Positions 23,901 through 35,693 of a DNA stretch of 64,000 bases are shown one piece after another. Under the pieces are notes generated by a model that searched no databases, was not told the DNA's origin, and saw only the letters and a program-made list of their open reading frames with translations. The position numbers and the translations under genes were made by a program. Within the stretch, counting starts at the first letter, position 1. Each line of letters opens with the position of its first letter. This stretch comes from Bilabrum cf. latius (Eukaryota). Location: positions 496,001-560,000 of the forward strand of contig OZ237744.1 in NCBI GenBank assembly GCA_965178125.1, in the 5' to 3' direction.

Positions 23901-26450
23901 GCCAGCTCCGCCACAGTCTCGTACGCCATGTAGGGATGGACGAGGGAGGCCCCGAAACCAATCAAGCAGGCGATATGGTGGTCCTCCCTCGGTTCAGCAG
24001 ACTCCACGAGGATGGATGCGGCCATGCGCGACTTTGCCTTGATGAGCCCGTGGTGCACCGCACCCACTGCCATGAGCATGGGGATGGGCGCCTTGCTCGG
24101 GCCCACCGCCCTGTCGGACAGCACGAGGTACGACACGTCCTGCGACTTGATGGTCGCGAGTGCCTCGTCCTGCAGCCTCTCCACGGCCCGCTGCAGGCCC
24201 TCTTCGCCCTCGGCCGGGTCAAAGGTTGCGTCCAGCACGTGCGAGCGGAACTCAGGGTGGGACGTGATCCAGTTCATCTGCTGCTCAGTGACGATGGGCG
24301 AAGGCAGCCGGATGAGGAAGGCGGCATGCTGGGACTCCTCCAGGATGCGACCCTTTCTGCCGAATGTGATGTTAAGTGACATCACGCGGCGCTCCAGGAG
24401 CGGATCGATGGGCGGATTTGTGACCTCCGCGAACCGCTGCTTAAAGTAGCGGTAGATGTGCTGGGGGTGGGCAGAGAAGGCCGCGATCGGTGTATCGTCA
24501 CCCATGCTGCCGATGGGCTCGTGGGCCGTGTCCATCATCGGCTTGAAGATGAGCTCCTCGTCCTCCTTGGAGTAGCCGAAAGCCTTCTTGAACCTGACCC
24601 GGTTGTCAAGCCTGTCCTGCACTTCTGGCGCCACCTCTCGCTTCTCTGCATCAGCACGGCGCTTCTCCTCGGCAGGACCAAGCACGCGCATCAAAGTCTT
24701 GGCCGTGACCAGCTGCCCCAGCCCCTTCGTGCTCTGCACCACGTGCTTGATGCTCCGGTTCAGCCAGGACTGGTAGGGCATTCTCCTCGACAGAGAGTGC
24801 TTGATCTCCTCGTTCCGGAGGATGCTGCCCATGCTCCCGTTGCCGTCGCCCACGGTGACTGCCATCATCTCTCCGGGACCTAGGCGGCCGCGTTCTACCA
24901 CGCGCTCCACAGGCAGGTCAACCAGGCCCACCTCAGAGCCGAGGATGACCTTGTCCGATTTCGTGACCCAGTAGCGAAGGGGCCGCAAGCCGTTGCGATC
25001 CATCGTGGCTCCTGCCATCAGCCCGTTAGAGAAACAGATCGCGGCAGGTCCGTCCCACGGCTCCGACAGGGTGCGCTGGTAGTCGTAGTACGCTCGAAGC
25101 GCTGGGTCCATGGTCGTGTCGTTCTCGTGCGCCTCTGGGATGAGCATGCTGATGGCGTTGAGAGGGTCCCTGCCGCTTGCAACCAGCAGCTCGAACATGT
25201 TGTCCAGCGCTGCTGAATCGCTGCCGCCAGGCTAGATGATGGGCTTCAGGTCATCGCTGTTACCCTCTCCGAACAGGTCCGTCTGGAGGGTCTCCTCCCT
25301 CATCTTGACCCAGTTGATGTTCCCCTCCACCGTGTTGAACTCTCCGTTGTGGGCGATGGCGCGGAACGGCTGGGCAGTTGCCCACTGGGGGAACGTGTTG
25401 GTGCTGTAACGCTGGTGGAAGACCGCCAGAGCCGTCTGGAAGTCCGAGTCGTTGAGGTCGGGGAAGAGGTTGCACATGTTGTCCGCAACCACGAGACCCT
25501 TGTAGCACAGAGTCCGATGCGAGAAGCTCGCAGCGTAGAACGGCAGGGCAGCATCGCCATTCGCGATGTGCTGGTCATTCAGCGCCCTGATTTTGTTTTC
25601 GATCTTCTTGCGAGTGATGTAAAGAGCCCTTTCAAACCCGTCGTCGTCGTTCTGGAACCTCGCTGGCCTCTTCATGATCAGCTGCTGGATCTCGGGGAGC
25701 GTGTCGAGAGCGCCGTCACCCAGAGCGAACGTTCCGACCGGGACCCGGCGCCACGCTACCACCTCGATTCCGGCAGCTCCCACGGCCTCTTCAATTGCCG
25801 TCACCATGCCGGCCATCTGGGCAGGCGTCGCACCCGACCTTGCACCCGGCAGGAAGAGCATGCCAACCGCGAGATCGTCGTCTCGCGTGATCTTGTGCCC
25901 GAGACCTTTCGCATCGAGCTTCTTCCGGAAGAAAAGGTGGGGCATTTGCGTCATCAGACCCACCCCGTCACCGGTGAGGCCATCGGCAGCACGCGCTCCT
26001 CTGTGCTCGATGTTCCGCAAGGCCTCCAGAGCCTGCGACACTGTCGTATGCGTCGGAGTTCCTGCATTGAATATTGACAAGAGGTATAGTAGGTTTACTC
26101 GTGTGCGGTAGCAAATCACGCCGAGGAAGCGTTCAGAGAGTAGGTACGATGGTAGCGAAGCGGCGTGGATGCAAGTACGGAAGGTTTGCACGAGCTCATG
26201 AGAGCGACCCCAATAGCGCAAACAGTCTGAGCATCTCACCGGTCAGATCCGCAATGAATCCAGTGCCGCAGCTGTCACGCTCATGCCGAGTGTTGTACAA
26301 GCCTTGGGAGGGCGGACAATTGTCGCGAGACGCCACCTTGCCATCTTTGCCAAAGGTGACAAACCCGCGCCTCGTACGCAGTAAAGTTCCAATTTGACTC
26401 CTCTACAAGACTTTTGAGAAGTAATTTGACCTTATTGTGCGCATTGCCAT
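20924..26450 (-). CDS. gltB: Glutamate synthase large subunit (GltB / Fd-GOGAT-type, no fused beta subunit), 2 exons (intron 26062-26239), with N-terminal presequence
   Basis: Exon 1 has GLYNTRHERDSCGTGFIA (Ntn catalytic Cys). Downstream motifs are HQRYSTNT, HNGEFNT, EPWDGPA, DRNGLRP, TNPPIDP, SNTGEGGE, KQVASARFGV, KMAQGSKPGEGG, the 3Fe-4S motif CVMARKCHLNTCPVG and AGERFAVRNSGA. Five TAGs (26403, 25232, 23843, 21998, 21788) are read through; ends TGA TGA. Confidence 0.96.
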
Positions 26451-26819
26451 TCCTTTTCTGATTCACTGCGATGGTACAGGGCAGCTGACGCGTCGTGAAA
26501 GTGGGACACTCGAACACGCTTTTCTGAGCAAATAAGTCATAGAATCGAAAGAATCCTGAAGAGATAAGATGCTACATTCTGATAGAAAACTTACGTATGT
26601 GCTATTTAGAGAAAAATAGCCAAGCACAGGGAGAAATGTGCCGTACGAGCAACTGCAAGACGTGTCTCCGGATCTTTATTGCTCCGGATTTGCGTTGCAA
26701 CCACCACCCAAGTACCGGCGTAATTATTGGCCGAGCCTTCAGTCAGCAATATCTTCGACCACTGCGACAAATAGTGTTTGTACGACGTAGAGTACTTTGG
26801 CTGGTCCAGCTACAGCCAG

Positions 26820-27101
26820 CCGCTGGTCCCACATGACCCACGATGGCATGCTCGCGATCCAGGCACCTGCCTCCCCATGCCCCAGCTCGCACAGTCGTTC
26901 GTCGCATGAGCCCACCACACATGCTCCCGAAAACGACACCACAAACATGGCACACGTGCCCACAAATGATGAATCGCTCGCTGCGCGTCCCAGTTGATGA
27001 GGGCGAGGAGGCTGATCAAAATGCGCACCCTTATGCACATACCAATGCCGGGCGAAGGCACGAGCTCGCGGCTTGCCATCGGGCCTGGGCCCAGACCAAG
27101 G
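26820..27101 (-). pseudogene. Degenerate inverted copy of the 3' coding end (33358-33732) of the large plus-strand gene
   Basis: 26820-26946 is a near-exact reverse complement of ~33605-33732, and ~26980-27101 matches ~33358-33475. About 110 bp are missing between them and small indels shift the frame. Confidence 0.8.
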
Positions 27102-27294
27102 CGATACCGCGTATGCGGGGCGGCGTGCCGCCAGCACAACAACAAGAAGAAAGTCGTTCAATCGTCACGTCATCATCACCTTCGAGACCTGGCAGGCAGT
27201 ATATTTGTAATTCTTCTTTCATTTTTATCACCAATTCGGAGCTGAATATTGGAGCTGAGCCTGCAGGAACTACCTAGACGTCGTAGTCTATAGA

Positions 27295-28788
27295 ATGGAT
27301 GTCAATGACGGAGTATCTCCTCGACTAGTGCCTTCTTCGGATTCCAAACCCATGTACGGAGGCCATGAAGCTCGCTTGCGCTAGTCAATAGAGCAAAGCG
27401 CGGAGGCCTTGAGACAAATTGAAGCCACCCACTTACAGGAGCTAAGCGAACTCACATCTGAGCACTAGCACGCAGTATACAGGGTTGAGAATGTCAAGGT
27501 GAAATGCAATGATTATATTGACCGATCAGCCAGCCAGCTAGTGGATGCTGCTATGGAGGCAAGCAGACAGACGCTGACTCCCGCAGAACTGGCTGCAGGC
27601 CAAGTAGCCGAGACACAATAGCGCTTGCAACTAGAAAAGGAGCACATTGAAAATTTAGAGCAAGAAATCCAGAAGGAGTTAAGAAGTATGAAAGAGTTGA
27701 AAGCCATGATAGATCATCGAATCGAAGACGCCGTCGCGCTGAAGGACCGCACATCAGAATCAGTGGTGAGAAAGCGCACGACTTTGAGGGCCCAATAGTC
27801 ACTAGACAACGGACCCTTCTTGTTCTTTTAGTCTGTCCTATTTTTGCCACCACAGGACAACGTGTCTCCTGAGGAGCTCGAAGTGCTCCGTCAAAGGCAG
27901 CAGGCACTCGATCACATCGCAGCCGCAAGCAAGGGCAGCGCATCCGTCCTCGCGGCGACCTGGAACTCAGAACTTGCCCAGCTTAAGAACGCTGTGGATG
28001 GCCAGTATGCTGTTCGTGTTCGATCGATGAAGCCGGTCAAGGAACAGCTCGCCAAATACACTGACACAGCAAGAGCACGAGCAAGGCGAGTGGCCGGCAA
28101 AATCGCGGATGAGGCGGGGCTTGCATATGACCGACATCTAGCACGGGCAGTCAAAGACATTGCTACCATACAGAAAGGTTCAAGAAGTCGGGATCAAGGC
28201 CCCTTGGGGCCCGCTGCATCCAGTTCTGTGGAGGCAGCAGACGGAGGCACCAATGCAACAGATGGGGCACCTGCCCCTGACAGGGAGGCAGCTGATGCGA
28301 GTCTGATTGTCGCACACCTCACAGGTCGAGAGGTCATGTCCGCCGGGTCTGCCACTTCGCTGCGGCGAGAGGCCCTCGAGTCCTGGGCGGGGATGCCCGG
28401 CCACTCCTCTGCTGCCGAAGAGGCCATGCTCAAAGCAATTGTCGCCTCATCCGTGGCTTGCATGCCAGCCGAGAAGTTGCTTCGAGCGAGGGCGCTCGCA
28501 GATGCCGAAGCAGACCGTCTCGCTGCCGTCGTCACTGCCAGGACACTGGTTGCAACCATCGAGAGCCACCGAGCGCGCCTGGAGCAGGGAGAGGGGCAAG
28601 ATGCCGGCGTCCAGGGCAGTGCTCGTACTGCTGCTCCATCTGCTGACAGTATTGCAGCGGCTGCAGCGCTCAGCAAATCGGCGCAGTAGCTGCGCGATGT
28701 TTCCCGCATGTACCAGCAGGTCTTCGGCCGGGGGCTTGATTCGAGCGTTGCGGGGGTCGAAGAGGCTGCGAGAATCTCATTCGATTGA
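27295..28788 (+). CDS. Coiled-coil, Ala/Gln/Glu-rich protein of unknown function; probable in-frame intron 27766-27855
   Basis: ATG at 27295. The frame is open through TAGs only to TGA 28786-28788. Heptad-like LQLEKEHIENLEQEIQKEL. The 90-nt GTGAGA...T-rich...CACAG segment looks like an intron. The ORF track misses the 5' half. Confidence 0.78.
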
Positions 28789-29138
28789 AATATAAGTGTC
28801 TTGGGCCATACTTTGCGCCACAGTCATTGGCCTATGGGGCTCAGGTGATGAGGCTGCATGCACATCTCTGCAGTGCTGCCCCACCGTGCCACCAATTTGA
28901 AGAGACGGCAGCCTGGCGAAGATGAAGAAATCCATCCACGGGGCAGAACCATTTTCGCATAAAACTCGGTAGAATTTAGAATTATTGCCCTGCATTGTAT
29001 GTATTCGGTCTTTTTGATACAATGTATTGCAGTTGCTTGCTTTCAGTTGTCATTATCGGATAGGATTGATGCTAAATCAAGCATTCTTGATGCTATCGCA
29101 AGAAGTGGTCCATAGCTTCTCATTGCTGAATCAAACAG

Positions 29139-32100
29139 AAATTGCAACACGTCATACGCCAACAATAACGGCTTGGTATGCAACGGTGAGATGGGTATGT
29201 TGCTTTTTTCCAATTGATGCCCGGATCTGGTCATGCACGGGTCTAACTGCATGGACGTTAGTGGTTTCGGCAATCCAAACGCTGTGCGTTCTCGATCCCG
29301 TCTCCTTGAGAAAACGATGATACCATTCAGCCACATGTAATCTAATCCACTGCTGCAGGAACCGTCGTGGCCGTGCCTGGCCCAGTCGCTCTCGGTGTCG
29401 CTGGCATCGCCAACCGGACGGCAAGAGTCCTGTCTCCCACCATGGCCAGAATCGACCGGTCCCGCGAGGTGGGCGACTGCCGACTGCAGATGCAGTCCTG
29501 GCAGGGCTCGCAGCACTTCTAGTCCGTGCAGCGGTGGCAATGGCCGGGAGCCACCCCGGGCCAGCGCGCCGATTCACCCGGCCAGGCGCTTGGGCTGATG
29601 GCGGCTGACGGGGGAGCCACTCCAGCGGGCAACTCGCCGAGGGAGCCTGACTGGATCGGGCTGGGGCAGGAGCCCCGTCCGTCTAGCCTGCATCCGCCCA
29701 CACGGTCCGTGGAGCCGTGGACGGAGGAGGCGTGGGTGCTCATCGTGGACACTGCACCCTCGCCCAAGTGCGGTGGCTAGTGTCTCCTGAACGGAGGCAC
29801 CCTTGTGAGCGGGTATCGGCGGTATCCGGACAGCACGGTTGGAACGTATGGGCTGGTGGATGGGGCCTACAAGCCGAAGTACAACCAGAGCCGGGCGGAG
29901 TGGGCGCCGGTCGGGACGTTAGACAACAGCGGCACTTTCAGGTATCGAGATCTGTGGACGATCGAATCACGTGTAGCGATGGGCATGCGGCTCGAGTCGA
30001 GCTTATCGTTCAAAGAGCGGTACCCTTAGTATTTGGCCCAGGTGTATGTGGCTCCTCGCGACATGTACACCAACGTGAACATGCCCTGCGCTGTGCCCGT
30101 GCAAGCCAACGACACGCTGAGGCAGCTGACTGTGTGGCCAAGGAGGCCGAACGCATCAACGTGGATGGGGAGTCAGCCCATCACGACGAGGAGTACACGG
30201 GTCCACGAAGCCGTGAAAGGACGGACAGCAAGCTGCGCGCCAGAAATAGCTGAACGACAAGCAGGTACACCTTCCTGGTTTCCGTACCGTCCAGAAGAAT
30301 CTCAGAAATGGTACATCGGGAGCGGTTGTGCGCAAACTTTCAGTGCAAATGGTAACACGGAGCTTCTGGGCCACGGATTTGGCCTAACAAATCGCTGGCA
30401 TCAGGTAAGATATGATGCACATGCACTAGGTGGCATCAACACTATTTCTGCTGCTCATGGACAGCAGCCATGCCCTCTTTATCGGCTCCAACTTGATTCT
30501 GCAGGTGATCTCCACAGTCTACCCACCCGGCACCATCGCTGTGTTGCCGGCAAGGGGGATGCCGCCTGCACTAAACAAAGGCCCTTTCAACAACTACAGC
30601 AAGAATGTGCAGGGCGATGACGCTGGGACGTACATGTGGAGACTCAATCGACACCATGTCATTCAGACTTACGCTGACCTCCCTACCAGGCCAAGCGGCG
30701 CTGAAGGTTTTCCTCGTTTAAACGGCCAAGAAGGCAACACATGGTGCGTCTATGCTTAGAAGCCCGGCATGGGCAACCCGACTTTCGCAAGCATCACCGT
30801 GCTCATCGATGAGCCCGAATGCATCGCATCCAGATCGTGCTCACCGTACATCCCGCCAAGCCTCCGATACAACCCCGACGACAACATTGGTCACGTGCAG
30901 GACTGGTTCATGCGCAATTTCACATCCATCCCTACGCCCTACAGGGCGCCTCGATTAGGATGCTCAGTGGCGTACTTCCTCGACGATGACAAGTACACCA
31001 GCGACCTGCTTCCATTCGACCTGCCAGCCGGCGCGCCCAACCGCATGGCCTACCTCGCCGGTCAGTACGGGGCGCGGTATCCCGCCAAGCAGGCTGGCGG
31101 CAGAGGCAACATCTCGCTGGGTGCTCCTGCTGCTTTCCCGTCCGGCCCTGTGTGGGGCCAGCTGGAGTATACCTCCCACATTCAGGGTCCTGTGGCAAGG
31201 TATCGAGGGGCGGCCTTCCATCGCTTGGTGGCGCCGGCACCGCGGCATTCTCTGCCTGTTATCGAGGGCGGGCGATGGCGGTGCAACCTTACGGACGCGG
31301 TGGGGTCGTACTACACGAGGCCCGTGTGTCGCGCAGAATGCTTCGATCCGCAGCGCTTGCCTGTGGATGTTGGGCTGGAGCAGTGGAGGGCTGGAGGGCG
31401 TGTGGGCGCTGACGGCTGGCAGCTGGTGGCATCTGTGAGTCGAGTGTGGTGGTCGTCGTGGCTGGGCTGGCCGGTCCTGCAGCAGGATGCGTCCATCTCA
31501 CCCCGGATGGACCACATGCCGGCAGGAGCACCTGTGCGACTGCATCGCAGGTACAAGGCAGGTGTGGGTCCGTCCTATCTGCAGTCCGGTGCAGGCCCCA
31601 GCGAGGCCACAATGCCCGGCCGGCCCAGCATGCGGTGCGAGCGCGACGTGGATCGAGGGTGGTCATGGTCGTATGATAGCGCGTGGGCCCGCAGGTCGCC
31701 GCTGGGCAAGGCCACTGTGCGCTTCCAGCTGCGCTTCGACCGCAACACGTGGCCGCCGGCACAGACGCTGACGCCGGAGCAGGTGGACCCGCCTGGACTG
31801 GCGTACCCGTCGCCATCGGCGGCTCAGCTGCACGCGCTGGTCGTGGAGCTGCAGGCAGACGTGAACGATGTGCTGGGCGAGTGGGATCCCAGCCTGATGC
31901 TGCCAGGTACTGTGAACTGGAATGGGCAAGCGTGGGACGGTGTGCAGCCGTGGGAGGGCGGTAGTCCAGATCCGGGAGACGATGTGCGCAGCATAGATGT
32001 GCGGGTGTTGGATGTGCAATACGAGCCCATGCCATCGCCATCGCCGACCGCAGGACCGGGTGGTGCCGATCGCAACCAGTCCGAGATCTATGAGGTCCCG

Positions 32101-33807
32101 CTGACCCGTCCACCGGTGGTGCCCATGGTGGTGTCGGTGGAAGTGGACATCCCGCCCACGCCACTAGCCAGGCTGAAGCCGTGGCTGTCCCAGCGAGCTC
32201 GCAGTCCAGGCGCTGTGGCAGATGCGCTGGGTGGCATCCTGCGTGGCACCTGCAAGGGTTGTGCCAATGGCGTGTGGCTTGGCGCCACGGATGCATCATC
32301 TGTGTCTGTCAGTGTGCAGCTGCCGTGTCTGTCAGTGGGCCATGGTGCGTCATCAGTGTCGTGCGGGGGAGGCTGGTCAGGAGCAGCTCATGATCCATCC
32401 ACGTGGCTGCAGCTGTGTTTGTTCCTGAGCTGTTTGCTAGTTGCAGCTCTGCTGCTGTGGCAACTTGAGTCCTTTAAATAGGCCGGTGCCGTATCAGTGG
32501 AAGGCAGTTTCGCCTAGATTTCATCCCCACAGCAGAGTCAGGCCTTTGATGAGTCAGCTGGGGTGCATTCCTCGGCAAGTAAAGAGCTCTCACCCGATGA
32601 TAGCGTTTCTGGCTTGTTTCATGGCTTGACGCAGAGCTCTGAAAGAAGAGTTCTATCACCAATGCCGCACGTATCCCTATCCTCTGCATCGAGCTTACTT
32701 GTTGACGATCTGCCTAGCCCCAATTCCGGTTGGCTGGATAGTCTGATTCCTGCCGTTGGCTTGGCTCGCTGGCTTCAGGTGCCTTTCGTAGTCGCCGGTC
32801 TCGCTCAAGCGAACATTTCGCTAGCTGCCTTGGTATTTGGGTGCGTGCATGCACTGACGCAGGCTGCTCGGATAGCACTGTGGGTCACTTGCAGTTCAGA
32901 CGTTGTGTCTATGACAAGCGGGCAGGAACTCGTCAGCAACCGGGTTCAAGCCCTGTCTGTCGATTTATCGGGAGGGATTCAGGAAGACCAATCACCTGCC
33001 CTGTGTTTGGTCGATTCGGAAGCAACCGATGCCTAGAGCAGACTGAAACGGGCCGATTCTCGTCATGACCACACGGCAGTGCCCTCCAACCTAGACTAGA
33101 GTCCCTAGCAACTGGACTCGCGTTGTTTTCCCAACAGCACCTCCGCTAAGGTTGCCAGGGCGTGCGAGACGACGACGCGAAGGTATACGTTGTAGAGATA
33201 CGCGACCCATAGTAGTAATGATCGTGGTACAGATGACTCGCGAGTACATCGTAGCATGGAAGGGCCCAGTGGGGGTGACTCGATCTCACCGAGGATGGCA
33301 GACGGCTTGCACACGTGTACCCCACACTGCTGCACCCACCCTGTCGACGTGCATGACCCTTGGTCTGGGCCCGATGGCAAGCCGCGAGCTCGTGCTTTCG
33401 CCCGGCATTGGCATGTGCATAAGGGCGTGCACATCTTGATCAGCCTCCTCGCCCTCATCAACTGGGACGCGCAGCGGCTCATGTGGGCACGTGTGTCAGC
33501 TGCCACGGATCCTCCAGGGACCGATCCCCGAACCGTGCAGCGACTGAGGGCTCAAGTCGCGTCTGTGTCTCGGTGGATGCTGTGGCTGGAAGCGTTGTGC
33601 ATGGTGTTTGTGGTGTCATTTTCGGGAGCATGTGTGGTGGGCTCATGCGACGAACGGCTGTGCGAGCTGGGGCATGGGGAGGCAGGTGCCTGGATCGCGA
33701 GCATGCCATCGTGGGTCATGTGGGACCAGCGCTTGGCAGTGGTGGGTGTTCCGTTGTTGCTGCAGGCTGTATACTTCGTGGTGTAGCTGGGTCTGTCTTG
33801 CCTGTGA
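29139..33807 (+). CDS. Large multi-exon membrane/cell-surface protein of unknown function (introns 29186-29358 and 30405-30504; true 5' end further upstream)
   Basis: Fragments 29526, 29805 and 30033 join across TAG. A 100-nt GTAAGA...TGCAG intron shifts into the frame of fragments 30430, 30769, 32563 and 33256, which join across TAG up to TGA 33805-33807. A Trp/Cys/Pro/Tyr-rich ectodomain-like part is followed by several hydrophobic segments such as WLQLCLFLSCLLVAALLLW. Confidence 0.75.
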
Positions 33808-33937
33808 TGGCAACGTTCTATGACCCTGTCGGGTGTGCATGCAAGCCGTGTCGTATCCACTGCGCTTCAAATCTCTTCTCTACTATGCTATGATCTTGGC
33901 ACGCATCACAAGGCAATGCAAGTACATGGCTGTGTCC

Positions 33938-35693
33938 TCAGTCGCTCTTTCCCGCACCGCTTGCAGGCCCGTCACTGCTGGCGCTTGCAGAGCCCCCACC
34001 TGCGCCTTCCTCTTCTGCATCCTTCTTCAGGCCCAGTCTAGACATGTCGGCCGGAGAGGCACGGACCTTCTTCGGGCGCTCCTCGCCGTGGTAGGTGAAC
34101 CGAAAGCCGACATTCTCGGACAGCCGATCCAGCAGTACATCGCCAAATGCCGTGGCAGGGGTAAGGTACCCGCCACCGTGCACAGCCCGACCGGGTATCT
34201 TGTCGCCGTCCTGCGCCAGAGACAGAGCGCACTCTGCCAGCATCTGCGCCGTCAGGAAATATCCCGGATCGCCGTCAGCAGTCAAGGTCGCGAAAACAAG
34301 AGCTGGCGTGCTGCTGGCCTCGTCTTCGGCCTTCGAGGATGCCGCTTCGCCATCCGCTGCCTTGCCCACCTCTGCAGCGTACGTGTAGTTCAGGAAACCG
34401 GTCCTCATGGTCTCGAAGTCCGGACCATCGCCGCTCTTGGGGAGGTACCGCTTCAGAATGCAGCGGGTGCATGGCATGGCGAGGCCGATCACGGCAGCAG
34501 CAGTACCGCCGGCGATGGACACGGCGGTCAAGAGGGAAGAGGTCTGCATGCGCTCCTGATACTCGAACGGAGTGCCCGTGGGGCTGTACCGGTGCGCGGG
34601 CCCCTGGCCGGCAGCGATGGCAGCGGACCGGAGCACGACCCTGCAGTTGACAGGGGCCATGATGAAGGGTGCCCCGTACGAGTCGAGGGCAGGGACCCAC
34701 CCAGGCGCGGCCGCATCGGTGGGTTTCTTGAGGATCCTGCCGAACTCCTCCCGGGACACAGGCTCCATCTCCCCTGCGCTGCTGCCCCTGCTGCTCGATC
34801 GAGGACGAGAGGATGCCTGACCAGCGGCACTTGAGCTTGCGGCATCGCTCTCCTTGGACTCCTCCTTGCCCTCCGCTCTGGCAGCTGCATCGATTGGATG
34901 GACGGCGGCCCTCTTCTCGCACTCCTGGATCATGGCGAAGGGATTCGTCAGGTGCTTCCGCAGGCTCTTGTCGGAGGTCTCCATGAGGTTCAGGCCAGAT
35001 GCAATGGTTCCGCCGCTGACACCGCCCTTTGCGCTCACGCCGGCCATGACAGAGGTGGGCAAGAGCTGCCGCTTCCGCATCTCGCGCACGAGGAAGTAGG
35101 TGCCCATATCAGCCGGGACGCTGTCCATGCCGCAGAGGCTCACAAGCAGGGCCCCATTCTTCTTGGCCTCAGCTCCATACTTTTCGATCATGTTGTGAAC
35201 CCATGGCGTCTCGCCAGTGATGTCGCAGTAGCTCGTTCCAAGCCTGGCGCAGGCGGCGATGAGGGGTTCGCCGTACAAGGCGTACGGACCAACGGTTGAG
35301 ACAACCTGGGAGCCAAAATGGAATTAAATGATGCATGCATAATGATGAGCGATTCAAAGTAGGATTATATCAGCCTAAACAAGGTGCGGCGATTGCGATC
35401 TGGTGACGTGGACTTTGTGCTGCACTCTGTGTACTTACAACCCTGGTCTTTTCGACCATACTAAACACAGACTCATCATTGCTGGAGTCTGCTACAATAA
35501 TGTCAGCGGAGGAAGCACCGGCGTCCTCGCGAACGGCCTCCAGCCGGCTAGAAGACCTGCCAGCGATTGCCCATCGGAACGATGCAGGAACTTGCCTTGC
35601 AATGTACCTGGTCAGAAGCTTTCCAGTAAAACCAGTGGCACCATATACTACGAGATCATATGCACGCTTGCCTGCTGCGGAAGCTCCTTTCAT
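33938..35693 (-). CDS. SCCPDH: Saccharopine dehydrogenase-like oxidoreductase, 2 exons (intron 35306-35438)
   Basis: YDLVVYGATGFTGKL, WAIAGRS, VVSTVGPY..YGEP (across the GTAAGT...CCAG intron), YCDITGE, CGMDSVPAD, GGVSGGT, GDPGY and GGYLTPATAFG. Ends at TGA; no TAG. Confidence 0.92.
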
